52,612 nt of DNA, taken from assembly GCA_041576165.1 (NCBI GenBank), contig JBFGLM010000034.1:1-52612 (forward strand). Direction: 5' to 3'. The DNA is from Acidimicrobiia bacterium (lineage in GTDB: Bacteria; Actinomycetota; Acidimicrobiia; Spongiisociales; Spongiisociaceae). Each line of letters opens with the position of its first letter. Within the stretch, counting starts at the first letter, position 1. The notes beneath the pieces are model-generated. The model was not told the DNA's origin. It saw only the letters and a program-made list of their open reading frames with translations, and did not search any database. Both the position numbers and the translations under genes were made by a program. Shown here in pieces: positions 16,034 through 26,318 of this stretch.

Positions 16034-17602
16034 TCAGGGGACGATGACAACGGTGGTGACGGCCGAGCCGCTGCCATCTTCCGACCGGGCAGAGAGCACC
16101 ACCCGGTACGGTCCGAGCGGAGCGATCTCGCCGTCCACGGTCGCGTCCCACACAAAGGACACAGGCCCGGCTTCGCGGACATCCCATTCGGTCTGACCCA
16201 CCACTTCTGCGCCGCGGAAGACCGTGATGCGGGTCTCGGAAGGAGCGGACAGCTCCGCCCCGATCCGCACGACCACGCCTGATCGATGCTCGGTGCGGGG
16301 TTCGACGTTGCGGATCACTGGCGGGAAGCCCTGCCCGCCGGGCGGTATGACCGCTACGTTGTCACCATCGGCCTGGAACTCCCAGGTGCCGAGGGCGGCC
16401 TCGGCCAGCAGCTCACCATCTGCTGCAACCTCGAACGGGCCGTCGGCACTCAACGACAGGACCGGTTCACCCCACGTGAGGCCAACTTCGACGGTCGCGG
16501 GAAGCACTTCCGCCCCGGACCTTGGCTCCAACCCGCCGTAGTAGTGCGCCAGGATCTCGCCGTACTCAGCCCCGGCACTTGCCATCGCCTGCGCACCATA
16601 CTGGCTCATTCCGACCAGATGGCCCCACCCGTTGCCCTCGATCCGGTAGATCGGGGTCGCAGTGATGTAGCCGAACGTGAAGTCCTGGCCGATCTCCCAG
16701 TCGCGCGTGACGTCAAATGTCGGCGACAGGATGACTTGCGGATAACGCCGACCGTCAGGACGATTCGCCGGCAGCAGGTCGGGCAGCACCCGCGGCCCCG
16801 AGCGGTTCATCGCTCGCCGGAACTGCCAGGTTGACAGCAACTCCGAGGCTCCGCTCGACTCAATCTCGACCCTCCAGGGACCGGCCCCGTCCGCCGTCCT
16901 GGTCACCGACACGTCGCGTAGGCGACCCACGGCCAGCTCGGCATCCTGGAGCACCCGCTCGAGCTGTGGCCCGGTCAGCTCCACCGTCCATTCCACAAAC
17001 GGTGATGCTTCGTTGGGTGATTCGACCGCCCGGAGATACGGAACAGGTCGCGTCCCGAACACGTCCTGCACATCGCGGGTCCGTCCACCGGAGGTCGAGC
17101 TGTAGAGGGCCTGCGCGGGGCGGTCGTTGAACAGCAACACTTCGTTGGCGGTTTGCTCGACGGCGGCGGCCCAGCGTCCCCCTTCAATCCCTTCGACCTG
17201 ATCTATCCCTCCATACACTTGGCATTGGTCAGTCGCGCAGATGTCAAACCCGTACGTAGCACCCGCTCCGTTACGTCCCAGACTGAGCGTCCAGGCCAGG
17301 TAGGTCCGGGCTGCCACCGCCTGGGCCTTGAGCGCATCAGGCTCCCATGAGAACGGAACTTCTTGGATTCCGAGCAAGTAGTCGTCAACGGAGAGAGTCT
17401 CGACCAAGACCAGACCTCCGTCGACAGCCCGGATTTCCATCACCCCTGCGTATCTCGTGCCGTTCCAGTCGAGGGCAGCGCCATCCGCCGGCTGGAGCGT
17501 CACCACGTCGTACACCGACAAGCCCTCTGGTTCCTCCTGGGCAAAGGCCGGCGGTGCTATGAGAAGCAAGGAGATCAGCACGGGCACAAGACGCGGAAGC
17601 AC
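16034..17602 (-). CDS. Secreted SpoIID/LytB-domain protein (lytic transglycosylase-like)
   Basis: Signal peptide; YLLGIQEVPFSW..ALKAQAVAARTY, DICATDQCQVYGG, GWGHLVGMSQYGA, ILAHYY; FlgD-Ig-like C-terminus. Confidence 0.9.
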   Translation of the reverse strand: MLPRLVPVLISLLLIAPPAFAQEEPEGLSVYDVVTLQPADGAALDWNGTRYAGVMEIRAVDGGLVLVETLSVDDYLLGIQEVPFSWEPDALKAQAVAARTYLAWTLSLGRNGAGATYGFDICATDQCQVYGGIDQVEGIEGGRWAAAVEQTANEVLLFNDRPAQALYSSTSGGRTRDVQDVFGTRPVPYLRAVESPNEASPFVEWTVELTGPQLERVLQDAELAVGRLRDVSVTRTADGAGPWRVEIESSGASELLSTWQFRRAMNRSGPRVLPDLLPANRPDGRRYPQVILSPTFDVTRDWEIGQDFTFGYITATPIYRIEGNGWGHLVGMSQYGAQAMASAGAEYGEILAHYYGGLEPRSGAEVLPATVEVGLTWGEPVLSLSADGPFEVAADGELLAEAALGTWEFQADGDNVAVIPPGGQGFPPVIRNVEPRTEHRSGVVVRIGAELSAPSETRITVFRGAEVVGQTEWDVREAGPVSFVWDATVDGEIAPLGPYRVVLSARSEDGSGSAVTTVVIVP

Positions 17603-17688
17603 GGTCCGAGATTAGGTGGGCCGGGACATCTGCGGGTTGGCGGATCGGCAGCGAGCCGCCACCCAGCCAAAGGGGCTCCCGACGCCGC

Positions 17689-18408
17689 TCAGCGCTGCTT
17701 GGCGACGACGACCGATTCGATCAGCGCTTCGGGGTCGAGCCCAGCCCCGCTGGGTCCAACCAGCGGACGCAGTGTGGCCGCGACCTCATCTGCCAGCTCT
17801 CGTCGCCGTTTGTGGTCGAGCCCGGAACGCCGGGCGAGGAACTGGCGAGCCAACGTGAGGTGATCGTCGGTCACAGCAGTGACGTCGAATCCCGCCGGCA
17901 ATTCACGGGCGACAGCCTGGGGAAGATCGGTCTGGGCGGTGACGCTCCGCTCACGCACCACCAACGTACCGGCCGCCAGATCGCCCAGCCGCTGATTCTT
18001 CTCGGTGGTGAGCACCGAGATCGAACCGATCCCGTAGGGCCCGGGGAGGATGTCGATGATCCGCATCAGATTGCGGACCGCCGATCGAAAGAAGCCGACC
18101 GGCCCCCCGTCCGCAGCCACGACGCGGATGCTCGCCGCCCGCTTGCCGATCGTTCGGCCGGCCCACAACATCTCAAAGACGATGTCGTACACGAACAAGG
18201 CGCCGAACGTGCTCAGGATCAGGATCGCCTGGAGTAAGAACCCGGATCCACCCACGGCGCTTATCAGCGCTGCGATGGCGAGGATGGCGAAGCCCTTGAC
18301 CACCCAGTCGACCAGCTGCCCGATGCAACGCGAGCCAAGGCCGGCCAGCGTCAGCTCTAGGGCGAGGCCCTCAGGCGTATCGATCTGGGTGGTGTCTTCG
18401 AACTTCAC
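17689..18408 (-). CDS. RDD family membrane protein
   Basis: TPEGLAL..LAGLGSR, GRTIGKR, RNLMRIID, NQRLGDLAAGTLVV. Confidence 0.92.
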   Translation of the reverse strand: MKFEDTTQIDTPEGLALELTLAGLGSRCIGQLVDWVVKGFAILAIAALISAVGGSGFLLQAILILSTFGALFVYDIVFEMLWAGRTIGKRAASIRVVAADGGPVGFFRSAVRNLMRIIDILPGPYGIGSISVLTTEKNQRLGDLAAGTLVVRERSVTAQTDLPQAVARELPAGFDVTAVTDDHLTLARQFLARRSGLDHKRRRELADEVAATLRPLVGPSGAGLDPEALIESVVVAKQR

Positions 18409-18477
18409 GCTGGAACCACGTTTTTGTCCCCGGCCCACGAGAATGGCGCACGTACATCTTGATCGGTTGGACGTTGG

Positions 18478-19476
18478 ATGACACTGGAGCGGTTTCGATC
18501 CGAGCGTAAGGCTACATGGGACCAGCTCGAGCGACTGGTCCGTCGAGCCGGATCGCGCCCGGCGGCACTAGGTGGTGATGAGATCCGCCGTCTCGGGAGC
18601 CTGTATCGCAGCACCGCGGCGGACCTGGCTCAGATCCGGCAGCGCTTCCCCCACGATCCGATCGCAGTCGAACTCGATGAGTTGGTTCGGCGGGCGCAGG
18701 CCCTGGTCTACGGTCGCGCTTCACGGGATGGAAGGCTCACCTTTCGGGAGTTCTTCGCGACCGAGTACTGGCGGACCCTCATGGAGCGTCCGGGGTTGTT
18801 GTTACTGGCGGCGTTGATGCTGGTGGGTCCAGGCGTCACCGGCCTGGTGCTGGCGCTGTCCGATCCCGTCACGACCGCCGCACTCGTTCCCGGTGACTTC
18901 CTGTGGGTTGCCGAATCCCGGCAGGCGTCGACCGACATCGGCGCGGATGCCGAGGGTTTGGCGGCGTTCTCGACTGCAGTGCTCGTCAACAACATCCAAG
19001 TGACCGTGCTGGCGTTTGCACTCGGGATAACCTTCGGGATCGGGACGGGCTTGGTCACCGCCTACAACGGGTTCATCCTGGGAGCGGTCGTAGGGCTCGG
19101 AGCGGAAGCCGACAACGGTGCCCTGCTCGTCGAAGCGGTCGCCGCACACGGGATTCTGGAGCTGAGCTGCGTGGTGGTGGCCGCACTCGCCGGGCTACGG
19201 CTGGCCTCGGGTCTGGTCAGCCCTGGACTCCGCCCCCGGCGAATAGCGTTACGGGAGGAGTCCGTGGCGGCAGTCAAGCTCGTGGTCGGCACTGCCCCCT
19301 GGCTGGTGCTCGCCGGCTTTGTTGAGGGCTTTGTCTCGCGAACTGGGACGACTGCTGGTCCGGCCGTCGTTACCGGCGTGCTCCTGGGCGGGGCGTACTG
19401 GTGGCTCGCGGCCGCTCGCGGCACGGGCCCACCCGAACCTGGTCAAAACCGGGCCAGAGATTTGGCCCGCAGGTAG
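18478..19476 (+). CDS. Stage II sporulation protein M (DUF95) family membrane protein
   Basis: LYRSTAADLA, NNIQV, NGFILG, HGILEL, AGFVEGFVS; typical context with RDD/DUF58/MoxR. Confidence 0.9.
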   Translation: MTLERFRSERKATWDQLERLVRRAGSRPAALGGDEIRRLGSLYRSTAADLAQIRQRFPHDPIAVELDELVRRAQALVYGRASRDGRLTFREFFATEYWRTLMERPGLLLLAALMLVGPGVTGLVLALSDPVTTAALVPGDFLWVAESRQASTDIGADAEGLAAFSTAVLVNNIQVTVLAFALGITFGIGTGLVTAYNGFILGAVVGLGAEADNGALLVEAVAAHGILELSCVVVAALAGLRLASGLVSPGLRPRRIALREESVAAVKLVVGTAPWLVLAGFVEGFVSRTGTTAGPAVVTGVLLGGAYWWLAAARGTGPPEPGQNRARDLARR

Positions 19477-20687
19477 GCGGCCACCACGCCGGCGCTGAGT
19501 TCCGAGGGAGGCGATTCGATCACTACCGCCCCGTGACGCCGGAGGCCCGCAACGACCTGGCGGCGGCTGCCCAGCACATCCAGCGCCACGGCCGCGCGAG
19601 CGACATCTTCGAGATTGCCGACCTCACCCCCCAGCGCTTCGGCGAGGTCCGGATCGCGGACGCTGCCAACCACCACTGAATGGCGGCGGGCCAGCACGCC
19701 AATGGCGTCCGACAGCGGCCGGGCGGCCGACTCATCGAGGATGTCGGTGAGCACCACTACCAGCGCTCGTTTGCGCGAGGCAACGTGCTGGAAGGCCAAG
19801 AGATAGTCCGACTCGACCGGTGCCGGCTCAACGTCGAAGATCGCCTCCGCCACCGCGGTCCCCGCCCGGTGCGAAGGCGGCAGACTTCGCTCGATCTCGT
19901 TTCGGAACACGACCACGCCCGCCCGGTCTCCGACCACATCCGCCACCGCAGCAACCGCAGCGGCGACATCCACCGCGGCGTCCATGCGGGTGCGATCCCC
20001 GATTGGAGCGGCCATCAGCCGCCCGGCGTCGACCAAACAGATGACGTCGCGATCCTGCTCCAGGCGCCATTGATTGACCATCGGCTGATCGGACCGAGCG
20101 GTCGCAGCCCAGTTCACCTGGCGGATGTCGTCCCCCGGCACATAAGCCCTGATCGACTCGAACTCGGTCCCGAGGCCGATCGGCCCCCGGCGCCGGCGCC
20201 CCTCCAGGGCAAACGTCCCATGCTGTACGAGCGATGCCAGCCGGCGGGCAGCGACCATGTCGGGAAACACGGAAACCTCGCCCGCCTCCCCGGCACGATG
20301 GAGCGACTGGCCCAGCCGCAACGGCCCCACCGAGCGCACGGCGAAAGGGTCCAGCGTGTGACGGCCCCGGCGTAGCGCGGTGAGCGTGCCATCCAGACCA
20401 CCCCCTTGTTCAGGAGGAGCGGCCCGCAAGTCTGGCGGCGTAGGCTGGCGCACCCAGATCCGACTGGACGGACGATCGGGCACGATTCGAACCGGCGCCG
20501 GCACGCCCCGCGACAGCACGTCGGGGACTGTTCTCGACAGGGCCGGCAAGCCGCGCGACACCCATGCATCGATGCCGGTTGAGATCGCCAGGGCCGCGAT
20601 GGCCGCTGCCACGACCGGCGCCGGAAGCAGCAGCGCACTGAAACCGATCCCGAGCAGCATTGCGGCTGCCCGACGGGTGGGCGCCAT
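19443..20687 (-). CDS. DUF58 (vWA-like) protein
   Basis: GTEFESIRAYVPGDDIRQVNWAATAR, VDAGRLM, DRAG; adjacent to MoxR. Confidence 0.92.
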   Translation of the reverse strand: MAPTRRAAAMLLGIGFSALLLPAPVVAAAIAALAISTGIDAWVSRGLPALSRTVPDVLSRGVPAPVRIVPDRPSSRIWVRQPTPPDLRAAPPEQGGGLDGTLTALRRGRHTLDPFAVRSVGPLRLGQSLHRAGEAGEVSVFPDMVAARRLASLVQHGTFALEGRRRRGPIGLGTEFESIRAYVPGDDIRQVNWAATARSDQPMVNQWRLEQDRDVICLVDAGRLMAAPIGDRTRMDAAVDVAAAVAAVADVVGDRAGVVVFRNEIERSLPPSHRAGTAVAEAIFDVEPAPVESDYLLAFQHVASRKRALVVVLTDILDESAARPLSDAIGVLARRHSVVVGSVRDPDLAEALGGEVGNLEDVARAAVALDVLGSRRQVVAGLRRHGAVVIESPPSELSAGVVAAYLRAKSLARF

Positions 20688-21616
20688 CAGCGGGGAACCG
20701 GCACGGCGTTGAGGGCCGCTTTGACCGCGTCGTCTGGCCGGTACCGCTCAATCTCGGCTTCTGGTCTGAGGACGAGACGGTGCCGAAGGACGAGAGGCGC
20801 CACCGACGCGATGTCGTCGGGTGTCACAAAATCGCGCCCGGCCATGCGGGCCGTGACCCGAGCCACGGACAGTAGGTGGACTCCGGCTCGGGGAGAGGCC
20901 CCCACTTCCACAGCCGGCAGGGTCCGGGTGACTCGTACCAGCTCAGATGCGTAGCGGACGACGTCATCGGCCACCGCAGTCTGATCGACCAGCGACCGCA
21001 CGCCGGCGATCTCGTCGGTGGTGGTGATGGCCGACACCTCATGCAGGGTGGTAGGCGTGACGCCTCTGCGCTCCAGCTTGAGCATGGAGATTTCGTCTTC
21101 GCCGGACGGATACGCGACGTCAACCTTCATGACGAACCGATCGAGCTGTGCCTCCGGCAATGCATACGTGCCTTCGTATTCGATCGGGTTCTGGGTGGCG
21201 ACAACCAGGAAAGGGTCCGGCAACGGATGGCTCTTGGCGTCGACCGTGACCTGGCCCTCCTGCATTGCCTCCAACAACGCGGCCTGGGTTTTGGGCGGCG
21301 TGCGGTTGATCTCATCGCCCAATAGCACGTTCGTGAAGATGGGACCCGCTCGAAACTCCAGGCCTGCACCCCGTATGACCACCGTTCCGGTCACATCAGC
21401 CGGGAGCATGTCGGGCGTAAATTGGATCCGCCCAAAGGCCAGTCCGGTGGCCCGGGCGAAAGCGCGGGCCACCAGGGTCTTGGCGACGCCAGGCACGCCT
21501 TCGAGGAGAGCGTGGCCGCCGACCATCAACGCGGCGAGCAAGGCGTCCACGGTGTTGCGCTGACCGATCACCACCTTCTCGACCTCACCGATCAGCCGGC
21601 GTCGTAGTTCATTCAT
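20687..21616 (-). CDS. moxR: MoxR-family AAA+ ATPase
   Basis: LLEGVPGVAKT, RIQFTPDMLPAD, DEINRTPPKTQAALLEAM, ATQNPIEYEGTY.LPEAQLDRF; start MNELRRR at 21616. Confidence 0.94.
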   Translation of the reverse strand: MNELRRRLIGEVEKVVIGQRNTVDALLAALMVGGHALLEGVPGVAKTLVARAFARATGLAFGRIQFTPDMLPADVTGTVVIRGAGLEFRAGPIFTNVLLGDEINRTPPKTQAALLEAMQEGQVTVDAKSHPLPDPFLVVATQNPIEYEGTYALPEAQLDRFVMKVDVAYPSGEDEISMLKLERRGVTPTTLHEVSAITTTDEIAGVRSLVDQTAVADDVVRYASELVRVTRTLPAVEVGASPRAGVHLLSVARVTARMAGRDFVTPDDIASVAPLVLRHRLVLRPEAEIERYRPDDAVKAALNAVPVPR

Positions 21617-22767
21617 CACGCGTCCTTTCCGACCGAATAGGCCTGCAGCTTGGTGACCGCCGCTCCCACCAACACAGCATCCTCGGCCGATGCCACCGGC
21701 TGGCGCAGGGCCGCCAGTTCCTGGCCGGTGACCCGGGCCCGGGCCGCCACTGCGTCCGCCTGCCGGCCGGCTGCCTCCCGGGAACCACTCATCCGGGCCA
21801 GCAGATCGAGACCATGCCGGCGCAGCTCGCCATAGGCGCGCTCGTCCGGATGTGAGCGGGCGAGCGTGGCGCCCAGCGACCGCACAAACTCGCTGCGGGC
21901 CGGAGGAAACGCCCGCCCCGCCTGTTCCGGTGTACCCAAGCGCCGGGCCACAGCCCAAATCCAGACCACCGCCCCCACCAGGATCACGCCGGCCGCCAAC
22001 GCCAGATTGTCGGGAAGCGCCGACGCGCCCTGGTCAAGTCCGTAGCCGTGCAGGTATTCGTCAAATACGACGTTGCGGCCGCCGGTCACGGCCACGGCGA
22101 ACGCGGCGTTGTCGGAGACCGCCAGCAACCGGTTCGTAACCGCCGACTTCTCGGAAATCATCACCACCCGGCCTTCCCCCACGACCGCCGCGAGAGCTGC
22201 GTGTTGGCCATCTGCGCTGGTGAGAAGCGGCACTCCGGGACCGGTGTCCTCGAAGAACAGATCACCATCGAAGGTGACTACGTCGACGCCCTCGGTTTCT
22301 GCTGCGGGGAGCAGCGGGCGCGTGTCACCGATCGTGCCGTTGGCGAGCCTCGACTCCGCCAGCAGCCGGCTGGCGATCGGATTTCCCGATGTGATGACCA
22401 GGTGGCCTCCCTCGCGGACGAACCGCTCCACTGCGTCGGCGTAGGCCCCATCCAGATACGCCGCTTCGGGCTGGATGACGACCAAGGCGACCGTGTCTCG
22501 GTCCAGGTCGGCGCCAGCAACTCGCTCGCGGAGACGGACCGTGTCGCGACCCAAGTGCTGCAGCAGCTCACGCCAGCCTGCCACGCCGTCGGCTTCGGTC
22601 ACGAACGACGAGCCGGCCGGCCCCTCAACGGAGGGCTCGAAGATGGCGCTGCCCACGGTGACCGCCACATTGAGGACGACAACAAGCGCGACGAACCAGG
22701 CCACATTCCTCCATACCCGGCGGCGATCCACCCGCTCCGTGTAGTCGCGGTCGAGCCCAAACGTCAT
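21616..22767 (-). CDS. DUF4350-domain membrane protein
   Basis: N-terminal TM helix, FVREGGHLVI, VVFDEYLHG, C-terminal TM plus RRLG; standard MoxR-cluster position. Confidence 0.8.
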   Translation of the reverse strand: MTFGLDRDYTERVDRRRVWRNVAWFVALVVVLNVAVTVGSAIFEPSVEGPAGSSFVTEADGVAGWRELLQHLGRDTVRLRERVAGADLDRDTVALVVIQPEAAYLDGAYADAVERFVREGGHLVITSGNPIASRLLAESRLANGTIGDTRPLLPAAETEGVDVVTFDGDLFFEDTGPGVPLLTSADGQHAALAAVVGEGRVVMISEKSAVTNRLLAVSDNAAFAVAVTGGRNVVFDEYLHGYGLDQGASALPDNLALAAGVILVGAVVWIWAVARRLGTPEQAGRAFPPARSEFVRSLGATLARSHPDERAYGELRRHGLDLLARMSGSREAAGRQADAVAARARVTGQELAALRQPVASAEDAVLVGAAVTKLQAYSVGKDA

Positions 22768-23690
22768 GGCCCCACCCGGATACCGAGGATGGAATCCCAG
22801 GCTGCGTTATGAGCCACCGCATCGTCGGCCGTGGCCGCCCGGGGCGAATATGCGGCGCATTCGAACAGCTCGGCCGCCCGGTCGAAATCGTCCGAGTCCA
22901 TCTGTTCCCGCAGCTCCATCAACCGGCTGGACGGCCAAAAGCGGATACGGTCGGCTTCGTCGAGACGCAACAGGCCGGCCAGAAACCGGTACCGGACGGC
23001 GTCAGAGTACGCCCCGCGCGCCTCGGCGCTTCGGGCCTCGTCCTCCAATGCGGCCCGGGACCGCAACCCCTCGTCAACGCCTTCGAACCACCGATCCTGA
23101 TCGCGTTCGAACCGTCGCGAGCGGCGCACAGTCACCATGGTCAGGATCGCGGCGCCGGCCGCCACGATGAGTATCAGCGGCACGCCGTAGGAACGCCGAT
23201 TGAGATCGGCTTGGCCCGGGTCGCGCTCACCATCCGACAAAGAGAAACGCTCCATGATCCAGCGGACGATGCGGTCCCAGGTCTCGCGCAGCCAACGCGT
23301 CACCGGGTTCTCGGTCAACCATCGCCGCCAAATGCTCTCCGGCTGGCCCGTGTAGGCGGGCTCGGACACGATCTGCTCGGCGCGCCGGCGCAGCTCATCC
23401 GCCGGAGGTTGGTCGAAGCGACGGCCGCCCAGGGCAGCTGCCGCTCGGGCAGCCTGGTCCGGTCCAGTTCCGAGCAGTGAGGTGTCGACGGCCCGGCCGT
23501 CCACCGTGACGGCAATAGGGGGCGGACCGCCTTTGACGGTGTCGGCCAACCGGGCTTCCCACTCCGGCGTTGTCAGGTCCTGGGCCAGGACGGGTGGAGC
23601 GACAAGAACGGTCGCCACACAAAATGTGGCTGCGGCAGCGAGCCGCCGACCGGGAAACCCAGAGGTCAGATGTCGCTGGACGGAGGCCAC
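22764..23690 (-). CDS. DUF4129-domain protein
   Basis: TM helix followed by ARGAYSDAVRYRFLAGLLRL...FECAAY; MoxR-cluster context. Confidence 0.78.
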   Translation of the reverse strand: MASVQRHLTSGFPGRRLAAAATFCVATVLVAPPVLAQDLTTPEWEARLADTVKGGPPPIAVTVDGRAVDTSLLGTGPDQAARAAAALGGRRFDQPPADELRRRAEQIVSEPAYTGQPESIWRRWLTENPVTRWLRETWDRIVRWIMERFSLSDGERDPGQADLNRRSYGVPLILIVAAGAAILTMVTVRRSRRFERDQDRWFEGVDEGLRSRAALEDEARSAEARGAYSDAVRYRFLAGLLRLDEADRIRFWPSSRLMELREQMDSDDFDRAAELFECAAYSPRAATADDAVAHNAAWDSILGIRVGP

Positions 23691-24589
23691 GCGCTCCCTG
23701 GATCCTCGGGCGGCGGCGGAGGCGACGGCGGGGGTTCGGCGGGACCGGGCGGATCCATCATCGGCGGCGGCTGTTCACCGACCGCGTTGGCCAATAGCGT
23801 CACATCGAAGGCCTCTTTGCGCACCCGCAAATCGAAATAGATGACAACCGTGGCGATGGCCAGCAGCGGCGCGGTCAGTACCTGGGTGATGATGTTGAGG
23901 ATGATGTTCCCGAAGTTGAAGGCGCCACCCGAGCCCGCTGCCAGCAGCCCGCTCAGGATCAACCCGATGATGAAGCTGGCGACCGCGACGATGATGTAGA
24001 GGATCACGAACGCTCCGAACACTGGCCAGCGCCGCCCTTTGATCAGCTCCCACGATCGTCCCAAGCCACCCGGCCCAGATGCGCCCTCCACGACCACCGC
24101 CGGGGCGAATACGGCCCACGACACGGCCAGGAAGATGCCCGGGATGAAGAGGAAGATGAACCCGACTCCCACACCCAGCGCGAACAGAAACGAACCAAGC
24201 AACAGCGGACCCAGCCGCGTGAAAGCGAATTGGATGGAGGGCTGCCATTCCGGGTCGCGGCCCAGATAGGTGTCCGACACGGCCTTGACCACGGCGCCTG
24301 ATGCCAGCGCAGATGCCGCCCAGACGAACAGGTTGATGATCAGCGTTCCGACGATCGCTCCGGCGTTGAATACGTCGCCGAAGTCGACCGCCTGACCCGA
24401 CTCGAGACTCTCGACGTCCGTGATCATGTCGTTCACGAAGCTGAGTTGGAGAAGACCGGACACGAGCAGGATCGGTACCAGGATCACGGCCGCGATCGTG
24501 ATCAACGTCACGAACTGGGACCGGTAGATGGTGAAGACAGCGTCGATCGTCTCACCCACGGACAGTGGACGCAGTTGTTGGCGCTTCAT
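23666..24589 (-). CDS. Conserved integral membrane protein of the MoxR cluster (GDPD membrane-domain-like)
   Basis: LRPLSVGETID, LGRSWELIKG, IYFDLRVRKEAFD; Pro-rich tail. Confidence 0.8.
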   Translation of the reverse strand: MKRQQLRPLSVGETIDAVFTIYRSQFVTLITIAAVILVPILLVSGLLQLSFVNDMITDVESLESGQAVDFGDVFNAGAIVGTLIINLFVWAASALASGAVVKAVSDTYLGRDPEWQPSIQFAFTRLGPLLLGSFLFALGVGVGFIFLFIPGIFLAVSWAVFAPAVVVEGASGPGGLGRSWELIKGRRWPVFGAFVILYIIVAVASFIIGLILSGLLAAGSGGAFNFGNIILNIITQVLTAPLLAIATVVIYFDLRVRKEAFDVTLLANAVGEQPPPMMDPPGPAEPPPSPPPPPEDPGSAWPPSSDI

Positions 24590-24671
24590 GGCGCAGGAGC
24601 CTAGTGATGGATCGCGACGCTGTGTCGGTTCTCCGACAGGCCGGTGAGGTTCCGCCTGGGTGCCGACCCGG

Positions 24672-25928
24672 TCAGCTCCGCTCGATCACGGCTCCCAGTG
24701 CGGCCAAACGACCAACGAAGTCCTCGTATCCTCGGTCGATGTGGTGCACCTCCGAGATCGCGGTGATGCCCTCCGCCCGCAGCCCCGCCAGCACGAGCGA
24801 CGCCCCGGCCCGAATGTCTGGGGCAATGACGGGACAGCCGGAGAGTGCTTCTACCCCGTTGATCACCGCATGTTGCCATTCGGTGGTGATGTCTGCGCCC
24901 ATCCGGGCGAGCTCGCCGACGTAGCGGAACCGCGCATCGTATAGGTTCTCGGTGATGACCGACGTTCCCTCGGCAACCGAGAGGAGCGCCACGAACTGGG
25001 GATGCATGTCGGTGTGGAAGCCGGGGAACGGCAGAGTGGCGAAATCGACCGCTTTGGGCCGGGCGACGCCTTCGACTGCGAACCAGTCTTCTCCCCGGTC
25101 GACGTGATAGCCGCATTCTTCCAGTTTGCGCAGCTCCATGCGCAGGTGGCCGGGTACACAGTCAACAACCCGTACCCGTCCGCCGGTGATCGCGCCCGCT
25201 ACCGCGAACGTGCCGGCTTCGAGTCGGTCGGGTACGACGTTGTGCTGGGCGGGCTGAAGTTCGTCAACACCCTCGATCGTGATGATCGATGTCCCGGCGC
25301 CCTCGATCTTGGCACCCATCTTGGTGAGCTGGAGTGCCAGGTCCTCGATCTCCGGCTCACGGGCGGCGTTCGAGAGCACGGTCGTGCCGTGGGCCATAAC
25401 CGCCCCGAGCAAGATGTTTTCGGTCGCGCCGACCGAGGGAAACTCCAAGTCGAAGCTGGCGCCACGGAGCCGGCCGCCGGGAACCGATCCCATCAACACC
25501 CCGTGCTCCAGATAAAACTCCGCGCCCATCTTGCGCAACCCGTCGATGTGCCAGTCAATGGGGCGAGCACCCAGGTCGTCGCCGCCGGGAAATGCCACCC
25601 GGGCCTCGCCACACCGGGCGAGCAGCGGGCCCAGCACGATGATCGAGGCTCGCATCTGGCGGACCAGCTCGAGCGGTGCCTCGGCCCGGAGGTGCTGCGG
25701 GATCTCGATAGTGAGGTCGTGACCGTCGACCTGGCAGATGGCACCCATGTGCTCGAGGACCATCTGCATCAGGCGCACATCCAGGATTCCGGGCACGTTG
25801 GCGAGGCGGTGCACGCCGGGCGCCAGCACGGTGGCCACCATTTGCTTGAGCACGGCGTTCTTGGCCCCGAACACAGACACGTCGCCGTCGAGCCCACGAC
25901 CACCGGTTACGAGAATCTGCTCTCCCAC
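24672..25928 (-). CDS. murA: UDP-N-acetylglucosamine 1-carboxyvinyltransferase
   Basis: GAKNA, MRASI.VLGPLLAR, PGGDDLGARPID, SVGATEN, NAAREPEI, PFPGFHTDM, DIRAGASL, HIDRGYE. Confidence 0.96.
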   Translation of the reverse strand: MGEQILVTGGRGLDGDVSVFGAKNAVLKQMVATVLAPGVHRLANVPGILDVRLMQMVLEHMGAICQVDGHDLTIEIPQHLRAEAPLELVRQMRASIIVLGPLLARCGEARVAFPGGDDLGARPIDWHIDGLRKMGAEFYLEHGVLMGSVPGGRLRGASFDLEFPSVGATENILLGAVMAHGTTVLSNAAREPEIEDLALQLTKMGAKIEGAGTSIITIEGVDELQPAQHNVVPDRLEAGTFAVAGAITGGRVRVVDCVPGHLRMELRKLEECGYHVDRGEDWFAVEGVARPKAVDFATLPFPGFHTDMHPQFVALLSVAEGTSVITENLYDARFRYVGELARMGADITTEWQHAVINGVEALSGCPVIAPDIRAGASLVLAGLRAEGITAISEVHHIDRGYEDFVGRLAALGAVIERS

Positions 25929-26054
25929 GACCGGGGACTGTACCGGCTGAAATCCGTTTGTGGCGGATCAGGCGAGCGCCCGACTGGAATGCATTTCCGA
26001 GCGTCGTGCTTCAGTGTCCTACCCTCAATTGCATCCGATGCCGGAGGGACAGTG

Positions 26055-26270
26055 ATGACGGGACAGGAATGGGTGGCCGCCTTCGCCGAGCTGCTGGACG
26101 TGGCACCACCCAGCAAGGGGACATTCGACACCCTGCTCGAGCTCGCCGGGGTAGCCGCCCACGGATCCGAGCGGATCGCGGCGCCGATCGCGTGTTACCT
26201 CGTGGGACAGCGCGGCCTGGGCGCAGCCGAAGCGCTGGAACTGGCACGCCAGGTCGGGACGTCCCGGTAA
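26055..26270 (+). CDS. Small DUF6457-like protein
   Basis: MTGQEWVAAFAELL...LLELAGVAAHGSERIAAPIACYLVG; GGAGG RBS at ~26043. Confidence 0.7.
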   Translation: MTGQEWVAAFAELLDVAPPSKGTFDTLLELAGVAAHGSERIAAPIACYLVGQRGLGAAEALELARQVGTSR

Positions 26271-26318
26271 CTCGGGTTGCAACCCCGGATCGGGCTGCCG
26301 CAGTAGCGTGGAGCTGTC

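Noticed and set aside
16034-19476. Sporulation inferred from SpoIID, SpoIIM and SpoIIE family names
   Set aside because: These families are widespread in non-sporulating bacteria; the names give no evidence of sporulation.
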